The notes: a model not told the origin generated them from the sequence alone. Counted from the first letter of the stretch, positions 49,876 through 59,413 are shown. The stretch: DNA of 64,000 nucleotides from Bdellovibrio sp. ZAP7 (GCA_945874535.1 CAMCGZ010000001.1:28471-92470); one strand, 5' to 3'. A program made the numbers and translations.

Positions 49876-50442
49876 TTATTCGGACAGGCTTTTGGCAATG
49901 TCGACTATTTCGGGACCCACCCGGGAGATGCGGTCGGCGACGCCGGGGGCCCATTCGTTCTTCTTTTTCATGAGGGCGGCATAACAAACGGCGCGACTGG
50001 CCGGCATGAGGCTCTCATCGGCGGCGCAATTGGTATAAAAAACTGATGCAGCACGGAATTCCTCGGGCCTGCGCTCGAGATATTCCGCGAGATCTCCGAG
50101 CGCTTGCCCCGCCTGGATCAATTCCGGGCCGGCATGATGGGCGGCCTCGTCGTCCGCGGGTTTAAACTGGGCCCTTTGCGGAAGAGTGCTGCGCACCTGG
50201 TGGATGACTTTTTTTAGATCTTCGGATACGACTCCATCCCGATTTTCAGAAAGGCTACCCGAAGGCGGCGCTGACGTGACTGGAATGGAAGCGGGAGAAG
50301 CCCCGCCCGGAGAGACTGTCGGCAGGGGATCCACCGCGCCTGCCTCCTGAATGGCCGAATCGATCCGCTCAGGAGAACGGATCCACGCCACCGCAAGTGC
50401 GATCGTGGCCAGTATCCCGACCACCAGAAGTGAAGATTTCAC
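49876..50442 (-). CDS. N-terminally membrane-anchored protein with a Pro/Ser-rich linker, unknown function (GTG start)
   Basis: TM helix LLVVGILATIALAVAW. The start overlaps the stop of the upstream micro-ORF (GTGA). Confidence 0.4.
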   Translation of the reverse strand: MKSSLLVVGILATIALAVAWIRSPERIDSAIQEAGAVDPLPTVSPGGASPASIPVTSAPPSGSLSENRDGVVSEDLKKVIHQVRSTLPQRAQFKPADDEAAHHAGPELIQAGQALGDLAEYLERRPEEFRAASVFYTNCAADESLMPASRAVCYAALMKKKNEWAPGVADRISRVGPEIVDIAKSLSE

Positions 50443-50759
50443 TTTTTGCGAGGAAGAAAATCCGAATGGAGTGCAATGAACCGCTTCACGGCAACATTGA
50501 TGATTTCGGATTCACCGAAACGGGTGAACTCGACCATTTGCTTGAGTGTTTCGGCGACCTCTTTTTCCAGCTGAATCTGGAGGGTGGTCGGAGTCCCTTT
50601 CAAAACATAGTCCTCTTTCATAATAGGGGCAGAGTAAGGGGATCCGGCCAGTGGGTCAACGGGATTCATTGACTGTACACCCCCTAGACAGTCCTGAAGA
50701 TTGCTGCACGGCGCCGCCCATAAAAGACCCATGATTTCAATAGATAGACTTGGCCCCAC
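50439..50759 (-). CDS. Small protein with a ribbon-helix-helix-like C-terminal 60 aa (likely true start MKEDYVL near 50621)
   Basis: TLQIQLEKEVAETLKQMVEFTRFGESEIINVAVKRFIA, a beta-strand followed by two helices as in RHH/CopG/Arc. Confidence 0.35.
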   Translation of the reverse strand: MGPSLSIEIMGLLWAAPCSNLQDCLGGVQSMNPVDPLAGSPYSAPIMKEDYVLKGTPTTLQIQLEKEVAETLKQMVEFTRFGESEIINVAVKRFIALHSDFLPRKK

Positions 50760-50794
50760 TCTTGCTTTTTCAAGGGGTGAGAGAGGGAGATTCG

Positions 50795-52210
50795 ATGATG
50801 TTGAGCACTTCCAATTGGTTCATTTTGGTTTCGATATTGGCTTCCGGGGGAATCGCCCGCGCCGGCATACTGGATGCCGAGAACCCCACGCCGACCCCCC
50901 TTCCCAGCCCCATTCATCAGGAGCTTGAGCCCGGCGATTACGATGCAGCCGGCATCGGAGTCCGCTTCCATGGGGAGCGGGTTCTGGTCACCGGTCGGAT
51001 CCCCCAGGAGTGTGCTACCGGGCTCCGGCTCATTGACGTGAAAAAAACCACCACCGAGGTGCCTCCGTCTGGAATGAACTCCATTGAAGACTTGAACCGG
51101 CACGCGAGCCGTGTGGGAATCCGCCTCCTCTACACGTCCCAAGACGCCAAACACGCAAGTCTCGCATCCTGCATCAGCGCCTCCGGCGATGTCCGGATCG
51201 ATCTGGAATCGCGCTCGGACCTTTCACGCCAGATTCTGAATTCCGGAGAAGTGGCTCTTGGCGGCGTTCTGACCACCTCAAATGAAGTGGTGGCCCTGAA
51301 AACGATTGCCCAATCGAAAAGCCATCAAGCACTGGTCAAGCAACTCGAAGATCGCGACTGCGCATCCTGCAATGCGGACTCACGCTCGATCCAGCGTCGA
51401 CTCGACGAGCTCGCTTCACTCGACTTTCCTTGGGTGAAACCGCTGATGGCCTCATTGCTTGAGTCTGCGATCGCAGCCGGGCGGGCATCCATCAAAGGCG
51501 CACAGACCCTCACCGCCCTCGAGGGCTTACTGGCCGATTTAGAGTCCTACGCGGCTTTGGCGGACAAGCTCGGTCTTGATCCCGAAAAGAAGGGCTTGGT
51601 GCTTCACTCGATCGGGGAAGCCTACACTGAGATGCTGACGAAGAACCACGAGCTCGCAAAAGCAGGGGCCAGCTCAAAAGGCATCAAGCAGGAAGGCCGC
51701 CACGCTGACTTCATGGCACGAACTTACCGGAGCATGGCCAAACTGCCCGGCATCGAGAAAGAACAAAGGGAGTCTCTCATCCAGCTCGCCAAGGAACACG
51801 ACCAGGGAGGATCCATGAGACTGGATTTCATCTCCGGCCTGAATCCGTCCCACCACGAAGTCCGCAAAGCCCTCAGTCAGGGTCAGGAGGATTTGATGAA
51901 GCTCGCCCGCGAGACTCAGATCGCCTGCTCCAGGATCCTGAAGCCGGAAGACATGGTGAAGTGCGGTCAGGCAAAACAGGCTTATCAAATGAAGCTTGGA
52001 AGCCTTCAACTGCTCCAGCACAGATGGATGGACGGGCAACGCGCCCAATTCCAATCCAACGGAACGAAAACGGCCGGTGCGCCAGCGGCTCTCGCACCGG
52101 TGGGCGGCCTGAAAGTGTACAGCACCTACGGTGGTCCCTCCACATTCGGAAATATTCCTTCTGTTCCGATCGTTCCCACCGCACCGGGATTACCCGCCTT
52201 TGGTAATTGA
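50795..52210 (+). CDS. Secreted alpha-helical protein, unknown function
   Basis: Signal peptide (FILVSILASGGIARA). No catalytic motif. Confidence 0.4.
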   Translation: MMLSTSNWFILVSILASGGIARAGILDAENPTPTPLPSPIHQELEPGDYDAAGIGVRFHGERVLVTGRIPQECATGLRLIDVKKTTTEVPPSGMNSIEDLNRHASRVGIRLLYTSQDAKHASLASCISASGDVRIDLESRSDLSRQILNSGEVALGGVLTTSNEVVALKTIAQSKSHQALVKQLEDRDCASCNADSRSIQRRLDELASLDFPWVKPLMASLLESAIAAGRASIKGAQTLTALEGLLADLESYAALADKLGLDPEKKGLVLHSIGEAYTEMLTKNHELAKAGASSKGIKQEGRHADFMARTYRSMAKLPGIEKEQRESLIQLAKEHDQGGSMRLDFISGLNPSHHEVRKALSQGQEDLMKLARETQIACSRILKPEDMVKCGQAKQAYQMKLGSLQLLQHRWMDGQRAQFQSNGTKTAGAPAALAPVGGLKVYSTYGGPSTFGNIPSVPIVPTAPGLPAFGN

Positions 52211-52295
52211 ATTTTCCGGTTGACCTTGATCCGGGTTGTCGTTATCCCTATAAGTACCAACAACATGTTGCTTCCACAGCAGTGAAAGGGGATTT

Positions 52296-52517
52296 ATGGC
52301 AACTCAGATTAAAGGCACCGTGAAATGGTTCAACGACGCAAAAGGTTACGGTTTCGTACTGGCTGAAGCGGTCAATGAAGACATTTTTGTTCACTTCAAA
52401 CAGATCCAAGGCGATGGTTTCAAGACCCTCTCTGAAGGTCAGGAAGTCATCTTCGACCTGGGTGCCGGCCAGAATGGCAAGCCCCAAGCATTCAATGTGA
52501 CCAAGTTCGACAACTAA
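52296..52517 (+). CDS. cspA: Cold-shock protein (CspA family)
   Basis: [15 protein letters not shown] (RNP1) and VHFKQI (RNP2) motifs. Confidence 0.95.
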   Translation: MATQIKGTVKWFNDAKGYGFVLAEAVNEDIFVHFKQIQGDGFKTLSEGQEVIFDLGAGQNGKPQAFNVTKFDN

Positions 52518-52538
52518 GCTCGCACATCTTGATGAGAA

Positions 52539-52575
52539 CCCCCGATCGGGCGACCGGTCGGGGGTTTTTTATTTT
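52539..52575. terminator. Rho-independent terminator, bidirectional, between convergent cspA and the ALDH-like gene
   Basis: CCCCCGATCGG-gcga-CCGGTCGGGGG stem followed by TTTTTTATTTT. Confidence 0.8.
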
Positions 52576-53933
52576 AAATTCCGTCGCATGAGCTGGAATG
52601 GGAGGTCCCTCCCCAACAGGGCGTGATTCCCGTTCCGCTTCCGGTAGTGAATCGATGGCACGGGGTCTGCTCCGAGCACAGGAGTCCCGCTCAATACCCT
52701 GGAGAATGGAATTTCGCTGGCTTCCGGGAGATCCGTTCCCCTGAGTGGGCAAGTGTGCGCATGATTGAGCGACGAAAGCATCGAAAGCAATTGTGCATGA
52801 TCCCGGTAGGGCAGGATCGATAGCATCGGGGCCTGGATCTCTGTCTGAAGGACCACGCTTTTACGAATGTCCTCGGGGCTGAGCTCTGGAAACACGGTGA
52901 GCGTGGGGGTCGCACACCAGGATTTGCCCGGGCCCGGCAGAGGCTTTCCCCGCATGACCACCGAGGCACCTTCGCGTTCTGAAATTCCGATGAACTTCAG
53001 GTAGCGATCGAGGCGCGACGGATCCTGCAGCGGCCCCATCCAGGCCCCCTCACGGGGATCTCCGATCTTGAACGACCTCGACAGGGAATGGATCTGTTCA
53101 ACCACCGAATCGCACTCTGAAACCGGCACAAACAGGAGTGACACACTCTTGCAATCCTGACCGGCGCCCGAGAACGCATCGAGCATCAGATCGGCACACG
53201 CCTGATCCCCGGCCTGCCGCCCGAAGACCGTGACATTCTTGTTCCCGAGATGCAGAAGCACCTCTTTTGCGGGTCGAGAAAGCGTATCCTGACGGACCCG
53301 CATTCCGTTTTCGAAGGTTCCCATGAAAATCACGGTTTCGACGCCCTCATGACAAGCCAGGCGGCGCCCTACTTCGCGATCCCCCAACAGACACTGGACA
53401 GCCTGAAAATCTTCGCCTGCAGCCCTGACCCGATCCACCATGCGATGAACCGTCATGCAGGCTTGCTCAGAGGGTTTCAAGATGACCGGGTTTCCGGCCA
53501 ACCATCCGGCCAGCATGAATTGAACGGAATGGAGCAGCGGCCACGATGAGGAGAGCAGTACGGCGGTACAGCCGCGAGGGTCGAATCCCGCGCCTCCCGT
53601 TGCCGGAATAGACCCGTCCTCGAGCCAAGCTGTGACCACTCTTTCGAGCGCATCCCATTCTCTCCCGACATCCTCGCGGGAGCGGCCTTGCTCGATAGAA
53701 AGGGTTTCAAGCAGCTCTTCCCGGAAGGCCTGGATCACCCTCCAGGCCGATCCGGCGCGCTCCTGTCCGCGTAAAAAGATCGCGCCCGAGCCACGGACCA
53801 CTGGATCGATCTCCGCGTATCGGGATCCTGCGATCGCAAGAACCGTCTCAGGCTCTGTTGGATCACGCAAAGACCACGATACCGTGAGGGCACCCTCCAC
53901 CTGATGATTCAATAGACTTCTCAATTCAATCAC
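52569..53933 (-). CDS. Aldehyde dehydrogenase superfamily protein, short form with non-canonical active site (Glu-to-His in the ELGGK motif, Cys retained)
   Basis: ILKPSEQ and FMGTFENG (matches FTGSTEVG) motifs. LHLGNKN where LELGGKS/N is expected. GQDCKS catalytic-Cys motif 33 residues later. Confidence 0.65.
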   Translation of the reverse strand: MIELRSLLNHQVEGALTVSWSLRDPTEPETVLAIAGSRYAEIDPVVRGSGAIFLRGQERAGSAWRVIQAFREELLETLSIEQGRSREDVGREWDALERVVTAWLEDGSIPATGGAGFDPRGCTAVLLSSSWPLLHSVQFMLAGWLAGNPVILKPSEQACMTVHRMVDRVRAAGEDFQAVQCLLGDREVGRRLACHEGVETVIFMGTFENGMRVRQDTLSRPAKEVLLHLGNKNVTVFGRQAGDQACADLMLDAFSGAGQDCKSVSLLFVPVSECDSVVEQIHSLSRSFKIGDPREGAWMGPLQDPSRLDRYLKFIGISEREGASVVMRGKPLPGPGKSWCATPTLTVFPELSPEDIRKSVVLQTEIQAPMLSILPYRDHAQLLSMLSSLNHAHTCPLRGTDLPEASEIPFSRVLSGTPVLGADPVPSIHYRKRNGNHALLGRDLPFQLMRRNLK

Positions 53934-53939
53934 GTCAGC

Positions 53940-55403
53940 TCACCCTTTGCTGAGCGTGGTCATCAATTCACGGTAGACTTCAATCGACTTTTCGAGCTCG
54001 GCCCACGAAATCGATTCGTTCGGGCCCTTTGGCAAGCTCTGCACGGAGCCGACCCCTTGAATGGTGACCGGGAATTTCGTCTTGTGAAACCAGCCCGCAT
54101 CACTCAGATAGTTCGAGTTGACGCTCTCACTCGAGCCATCCGAGAGCACACCTTGTACCAGATAATCCCGGAGCAGACTGAAATGGAAAGTCGAATACTT
54201 GGAGGAAACGCGTTTCAAAGTCTGTCTCCAGATCTCCTCGACCTGAGCGGCGGGATGATCCGGCAAGAAGCGAAGCTCGAAACTGACCGCGAGTTTGCCC
54301 GTGGATTTCATCCTGACCCGGGTCAATGATCCAACGTTCAGGGGAGGCTGGAATGCCCGATTGGGCACGCGGTTGAGTTCATCGATGAATTTTTTCCACT
54401 CGTAATCCAGCTCGAGGATCACCTCGATCATCTCCCCGGGAATGAACCGGGTGCCGCCTTCAGATATTCCGAGAAACTCGACCCTGAAAAACCTGGAAAC
54501 ATCTTCTCCGCCGATTTTTTGCTTCAAGAACTGTTTGAAGTCTTCGAATTGGAATGCGGTCAATGAAATTTGGGCCCGAGCGAGATCCGGATGGGTACCC
54601 GACGCGCCCTTGGCTTCGAGTGCGGACCACTGGAAATCGAAGCCTCGCTCGGCCGCCTCGAGCATCAAATCCATCAGAAGATCGAATGCGTTGATGGCGT
54701 TTTCGGGCGTTGCGAAATCGACACTGAGTCCGAACGCCGTGATATTGATCGCACGGTTGTAGCCACGGGAATCGCGCTCCTTGAGCGAGGCCTCGAGATC
54801 AATCGTAAAAGAAACCTGCCCGGGGGCCTGCTTCACCGCCTTGAGGCCGGTGGGAGCGAATGAATACACCTCTTTGGGATTCACCGCGAGAGATTCGATC
54901 AAAAACCGGGAACCCATCATTCCGTAATGGGACGCGCAAGCCCCCACGAGGTAGAGCGGGCTCTTATGGCGCTTGTCGACCAGGTCGACCGCCGCGAACA
55001 CCCGGCAAAGGAAGTCGAGTTTGCCCTGCACCGCACCCGCACCGACAATCCCGAAGTCGTCCAGAACGGGGGCCTGGGGATTTCCTTGGGTGACGGTCCA
55101 GAGATGGGGCAGGTTACCCGTTGTGACATCGATCGGATTGATGAACAGAACCCCTCTTCGAGTGGTTCTATCGACCAGGTGATCCGAGGTGAAACCGATG
55201 ATGTTGCATTGCCGCTTGGAAAGTCCGTCGACAGAATGATTCACGGGCTGAAGGTGGGTCTTGAATCCGTAATCGTGCATCATCGACTGGAGATAACGCG
55301 CGAGCTCTTCATTTCCGGTCTCGGCGTGCGATGGAATGCTCAGGATCCGCTTGGCGTGCTCTTTAAACTTCTGGAAGCTCAACATCTTGTTTTTGAATAT
55401 CAA
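53940..55403 (-). CDS. ArgE/DapE-like M20-family homologue with degenerate metal-binding/catalytic residues (probable pseudo-peptidase)
   Basis: Aligns by eye to E. coli ArgE through LQPV..., the G-rich metal loop and the dimerisation region. HTD becomes NPID, GTADMKG becomes GAGAVQGK, and ADEET becomes GACASH. Confidence 0.6.
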   Translation of the reverse strand: MIFKNKMLSFQKFKEHAKRILSIPSHAETGNEELARYLQSMMHDYGFKTHLQPVNHSVDGLSKRQCNIIGFTSDHLVDRTTRRGVLFINPIDVTTGNLPHLWTVTQGNPQAPVLDDFGIVGAGAVQGKLDFLCRVFAAVDLVDKRHKSPLYLVGACASHYGMMGSRFLIESLAVNPKEVYSFAPTGLKAVKQAPGQVSFTIDLEASLKERDSRGYNRAINITAFGLSVDFATPENAINAFDLLMDLMLEAAERGFDFQWSALEAKGASGTHPDLARAQISLTAFQFEDFKQFLKQKIGGEDVSRFFRVEFLGISEGGTRFIPGEMIEVILELDYEWKKFIDELNRVPNRAFQPPLNVGSLTRVRMKSTGKLAVSFELRFLPDHPAAQVEEIWRQTLKRVSSKYSTFHFSLLRDYLVQGVLSDGSSESVNSNYLSDAGWFHKTKFPVTIQGVGSVQSLPKGPNESISWAELEKSIEVYRELMTTLSKG

Positions 55404-55454
55404 ATACTTATTTTTGTTGCAACGGAAGAGGGGCGTTCGTTACATTTAGCGGGA

Positions 55455-56150
55455 ATGAACGAGGTAGCCCAGCTTGCCGCTTCCGGTCAGCTCAAAGAGG
55501 CGGTGGATGCACTGAAAAAGAGTCCCACCTATGACGCGACCTATTTTTACAACCTTGGCATCCTGCATGGGCGGATGGAACAGGCGGGTCTTGCTGTCGC
55601 CTACCTTGAAAAAGCGAACCGCGAAAAACCCCATGATCCCGAAATCCAGAACAGCCTCAGGGTTGCGCGCGAGGCGCTTCGGCAATCGCTGATCAAGAAC
55701 GGGAGCGAGGGCGCGGTGGATGGGTGTTCGACCCCGCTCGAGGGATTTGCCGACCGGATCCGAGGTGAGGAAATCCTCGGAGTGATCGGGCTCATCACCC
55801 TGAGTGTCTCGCTTTTGTGGATTCGCGCCTATTTGAAGACCCGGAATCTCACGAAGACCCTTCTGAAGCCATCGGGCTGGTTCGGTGCTCTCGCGCTGGT
55901 TCTGGGATTCGCATTTTACGGGGTCTATCAAGCGGGTAGCGCGAATCCTCCGGCAGTGTTGATTTCCAAGCAACAATTGCGGAGCGGACCCGGCATGAAC
56001 TTTCCGGAGATCGGCTCCATCGAAGCCGGAATCAAAGTGCGGATCATCGGAGATCCTGCAACCGTGAACGAGCGGGAGCTCTGGCAAAAGGTCCGATACC
56101 GTCCGAATCAAACCGCCTGGATTCCCCTGTCCAGCCTCTTACCTTTATAG
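55455..56150 (+). CDS. TPR + transmembrane + C-terminal SH3b domain protein (BatE-like architecture)
   Basis: N-terminal TPR-like helices. Two TM helices. C-terminal RSGPGMNFPEIGSIEAGIKVRIIG...WQKVRY SH3_3 pattern. Confidence 0.5.
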   Translation: MNEVAQLAASGQLKEAVDALKKSPTYDATYFYNLGILHGRMEQAGLAVAYLEKANREKPHDPEIQNSLRVAREALRQSLIKNGSEGAVDGCSTPLEGFADRIRGEEILGVIGLITLSVSLLWIRAYLKTRNLTKTLLKPSGWFGALALVLGFAFYGVYQAGSANPPAVLISKQQLRSGPGMNFPEIGSIEAGIKVRIIGDPATVNERELWQKVRYRPNQTAWIPLSSLLPL

Positions 56151-56153
56151 GAG

Positions 56154-56801
56154 TTGAAGATGTCCGCATTCTGGAAACTTTTCGTCCTTGGCCCGGTTTT
56201 GGTCCTCCTGATGGCCTCATGTGTGTCGAAGCCGGTGAACGAGGCCGACCCGAAAGAGATGTACGAGGACGCGGAGGTGGACATCGAAGGAAACCGCTTC
56301 CTCCTGGCACTCGACAAGCTTCGCGTGGTTCGTAGCAAATTCTCTTATTCCAACTACGGTGCGCTCGCCCAACTCCGGATCGGGGACGTTTACTTTCTGC
56401 AGGATTCCTTTCCCGAGGCTGCCGTCGCTTATGAAGGGTTTTACGAGCTTTATCCCAAACACGCCAAGGCTCCCTACGCCCTCTTCCGGGCTGGCGAATC
56501 CCACTACAGCGACATCCCCGCGACAACGGCGCGTGACCTGAAGAGCGCCGAGAGCGCCATCCAGTGGCTCGGCACTTACCTCGCCCGCTTCCCCAGGGGG
56601 GAATACTCGGACCGGGCACGGGACCTCCGGCAAAAGGCTTATGACAAGCTCGCCGAGAAGGAGCTTGATACCGCCCGGTTTTATCTGAAGCGCAAAAAAC
56701 TTCCGGCTGCCCGTGGGCGCCTCGAGAAATTACTGGAACTTTATCCAGGCTCATCCTACTCGGATCAGGCGAGGGAGTTGCTCGAGGGACTTCCCGAATG
56801 A
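56154..56801 (+). CDS. TPR-containing outer-membrane lipoprotein, BamD-like
   Basis: Signal peptide plus lipobox (LLMASCVSK). TPR-like repeats. ~215 aa. Confidence 0.45.
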   Translation: MKMSAFWKLFVLGPVLVLLMASCVSKPVNEADPKEMYEDAEVDIEGNRFLLALDKLRVVRSKFSYSNYGALAQLRIGDVYFLQDSFPEAAVAYEGFYELYPKHAKAPYALFRAGESHYSDIPATTARDLKSAESAIQWLGTYLARFPRGEYSDRARDLRQKAYDKLAEKELDTARFYLKRKKLPAARGRLEKLLELYPGSSYSDQARELLEGLPE

Positions 56802-57484
56802 AAGAAATCGAACAACTGATCCAGGAGCGCAAGTTTCCGGATGCCGCAGAGAAGATCCGCCTCGGACTCTTGGCGGAGCCGGACAATGCAGATTTTCTTT
56901 ATCTTCGCGGACTGCTGAAATCCCACCAGGGAAAACTCGTCGAATCCATCGATGACCTAAAAGGGGCCCTGCGTGCCGAGCCCCGGCACACGGATGCCGC
57001 GATTTGCCTCTCGGTGATCTTGAATGACATCGGCAGGTATGACGAAGCGAAGCGCGTCTTCGATCAGGCCAACCAAAGTGTTTTCTTGAAGCAAGCTGGA
57101 GACGATTTACAGATCGATCGGAAGTTCGCGCTGAAACACTTCGAACTCGGTGACTTGTATTTCCGGCACCGCCGGTACGATGAAGCCGTGGAAGAATACA
57201 CCAAGGCCATCGGACTCGATCCGGTTCCCTCTGATTTCCGCGTCCGCCGCGCCAAGGCTTTTGCAAAGAAGGGGTTCGTCACCCGCGCGATCCAGGATTT
57301 GCAGCAATTGAAGAACGAAAGGCCCGGTGAACTCAGCGTCCGGATCCAGCTCGGACTGCTCCATTACAGCCAATCCAACGTTTTGGATGCAGAGCTGGAA
57401 TGGGAAAGCGTTCTCGAGCGCGATCCGGTGAATCGCGAAGCGATTGCTTACCTCGAGTTGATCAAATCAGCTCGACCCTTGTAG
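56798..57484 (+). CDS. TPR-repeat protein
   Basis: Multiple 34-aa repeats with a W/LG/Y...A...F...A...P pattern. Confidence 0.55.
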   Translation: MKEIEQLIQERKFPDAAEKIRLGLLAEPDNADFLYLRGLLKSHQGKLVESIDDLKGALRAEPRHTDAAICLSVILNDIGRYDEAKRVFDQANQSVFLKQAGDDLQIDRKFALKHFELGDLYFRHRRYDEAVEEYTKAIGLDPVPSDFRVRRAKAFAKKGFVTRAIQDLQQLKNERPGELSVRIQLGLLHYSQSNVLDAELEWESVLERDPVNREAIAYLELIKSARPL

Positions 57485-57998
57485 AAATCGGGAGCGCGTT
57501 CACAGGAAGAACGGACTTCGTCTGATCCGCAGGGGCAGTCGGAGCGCGCCGCATTCCCATCAGGTGGGTGCGCAGTTCCTGGAACATCGGATGTTTGATC
57601 GGTTGATCATTTTCCTGGAGCACCACCTGCTTCGCGATCCGTGAGCGGGTGTTGATCACCACAGGGGCCTTGAGATTCGCTGTCATCTCGGTCAGGTTCC
57701 CGGGAATGGTGAGGATGGTGAACACACTGGCTTCCTTGATGGAATCGAGCCGGAGTTCACGCAGTTCGGATGCCGAAAGGCGGACCACGTAATCGTTCTT
57801 GTAGATGCGTGGCTCGAGCACAGGAAATGCAAGATGGGGGTTGGTCAAGGACTGCAACCAGAGGATGAGCGTGTCATCTCCGGAGTCGACCAGGCAGTAA
57901 TCCTGTTCTTCAGGAAAGCCCAGAATGCCGCTCGGGATCGTGATGATCTCGTCGGTTGAAATTTCGATTTGGCCAAAACGTCCTGTTTGTACCAGCAT
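57462..57998 (-). CDS. fliW: Flagellar assembly factor FliW
   Basis: IEISTDEIITIPSGILGFPE...FPVLEPRIYKNDY matches the FliW family pattern. Adjacent to csrA. Confidence 0.7.
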   Translation of the reverse strand: MLVQTGRFGQIEISTDEIITIPSGILGFPEEQDYCLVDSGDDTLILWLQSLTNPHLAFPVLEPRIYKNDYVVRLSASELRELRLDSIKEASVFTILTIPGNLTEMTANLKAPVVINTRSRIAKQVVLQENDQPIKHPMFQELRTHLMGMRRAPTAPADQTKSVLPVNALPISTRVELI

Positions 57999-58114
57999 AT
58001 AAACCTCCCAGGAAAAACTTTTTCCCAACTGAAGCTTAGCTTTACGTGGGGGTATTGAGCAAGAGCGTTATTTGCCTAGGGCCAAAAAAATGACGCCTTA
58101 TCCGACCGCTTGCG

Positions 58115-58339
58115 TCAGCCTTTCAGGGCCTTGGATACGGCATTCAAGTCGGCAGGTGCGGTTCCCGCAACCTTGTTTTGATCCTGGATTGAGGTATAGA
58201 CCTCTTCCCGGTGAATCTTGGTCTCTTTCGGTGCCTGAATGCCGAGTCGCACCTGTTTGCCCTTGATCTGAACCACGGTGATCTTGATGTGATCATCGAT
58301 TGCGATAGTTTCGCCGAGTTTTCGGGTCAGAACGAGCAT
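58115..58339 (-). CDS. csrA: Carbon storage regulator CsrA
   Basis: MLVLTRKLGETIAIDDHIKITVVQIKGKQVRLGIQAPKETKIHREEVY. GGAGG Shine-Dalgarno upstream. Confidence 0.9.
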   Translation of the reverse strand: MLVLTRKLGETIAIDDHIKITVVQIKGKQVRLGIQAPKETKIHREEVYTSIQDQNKVAGTAPADLNAVSKALKG

Positions 58340-58422
58340 AAAACCTCCATGTACTGAACTACTAAGTAATCCAATTACTCACAGGGGGTCATAGCCCAGC
58401 CCGGGATGATAAACAAGAGAAA

Positions 58423-59409
58423 TTATCGCAAAAAGTCAAGAAGTGTGGGCTGAATCAGGTGTTTTGAACTCGCCAAACTGCTCTTGAAAACAGTCTCCTC
58501 TTTGGCCAGATCACTCACCACCCGGGTCATGTCCGCATCCTCGATGTTGGAAGTCAGCTGTGCATTGGTGATGTTGTGCCGCTCGAGCGCGCTCATATTC
58601 CCGGCGATACTTTGCACGCGGGATCCGACCTTGGAGCGCAGGGAGATCACTTTTCCAAGCAAGTCATCGAAGGCGTCGAGAGAGCCCCGAATGGTCTCCA
58701 TATCGCCGGTCAAAAGACCGGTCCGGAGCGCCTTGAGTTGCTGGAACAAGTTTGTATTTTGCGGGCCCTCCTGACTCTCGGAGGCAAGCCGGCGCGATGG
58801 CCCCGCTGCAGATTCATCGCCTTTTTCCTGGCGGATCCTGCGCATGTCGGCCGATCCATTCGGGTTGGTGTTGAAGACTTCGTGACCCGGAAGATTGGCT
58901 CCGATGAAGACCTCACGGCCGATCTCGACCATCATTTCGCCTTCGTCGCCGTGATAATTTCCGTCCGCATCGACAGGAGACTGGGTGGTCTTGAAACCAC
59001 CGAAGATGTACCGGTCACCGATCCTTCGATTCCCGGTGGCGACAGCCCGCTGGAAAAGCTGGCTCACTTCTTCAGCGACACCGTAGCGGGATTCCGGAGT
59101 GGAGCTCGCGTTGCTCGACTGTCCGATCGCGATTTCTTTCGCCCTCATGACAATCTCTGAGATGTCTTCCAGGGCGTGGTCCGTATTATCCAGGAACGCA
59201 TTCGCCAGTCTCGCATTCACCTGAAATTGCTCGTTGTTCACTTTGTCCGTCCTCACTTCAAGCACCTTCGCCGCACCGACGGGATCGTCAGAGGGGCGGT
59301 TCAGTTTTTTCAGGGTCGCGGTCTCACCTTGAAGGTTCTCCATCCGGGATTTCGCCCGGGTGATGCTGTCGCGGACCACTCCGAAATTGGTGTTATCCGA
59401 TACCCTCAT
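58423..59409 (-). CDS. flgL: Flagellar hook-associated protein 3 (FlgL)
   Basis: Flagellin-like N-terminus MRVSDNTNFGVVRDSITRAKSRMENLQ and C-terminal helix. Confidence 0.8.
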   Translation of the reverse strand: MRVSDNTNFGVVRDSITRAKSRMENLQGETATLKKLNRPSDDPVGAAKVLEVRTDKVNNEQFQVNARLANAFLDNTDHALEDISEIVMRAKEIAIGQSSNASSTPESRYGVAEEVSQLFQRAVATGNRRIGDRYIFGGFKTTQSPVDADGNYHGDEGEMMVEIGREVFIGANLPGHEVFNTNPNGSADMRRIRQEKGDESAAGPSRRLASESQEGPQNTNLFQQLKALRTGLLTGDMETIRGSLDAFDDLLGKVISLRSKVGSRVQSIAGNMSALERHNITNAQLTSNIEDADMTRVVSDLAKEETVFKSSLASSKHLIQPTLLDFLR

Positions 59410-59413
59410 CTAA

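Noticed and set aside
54927-55454. Long + strand ORF (407 aa) extending upstream of the TPR-SH3 gene
   Set aside because: The extension is antisense to the well-aligned M20-like gene. The true start is the ATG at 55455.
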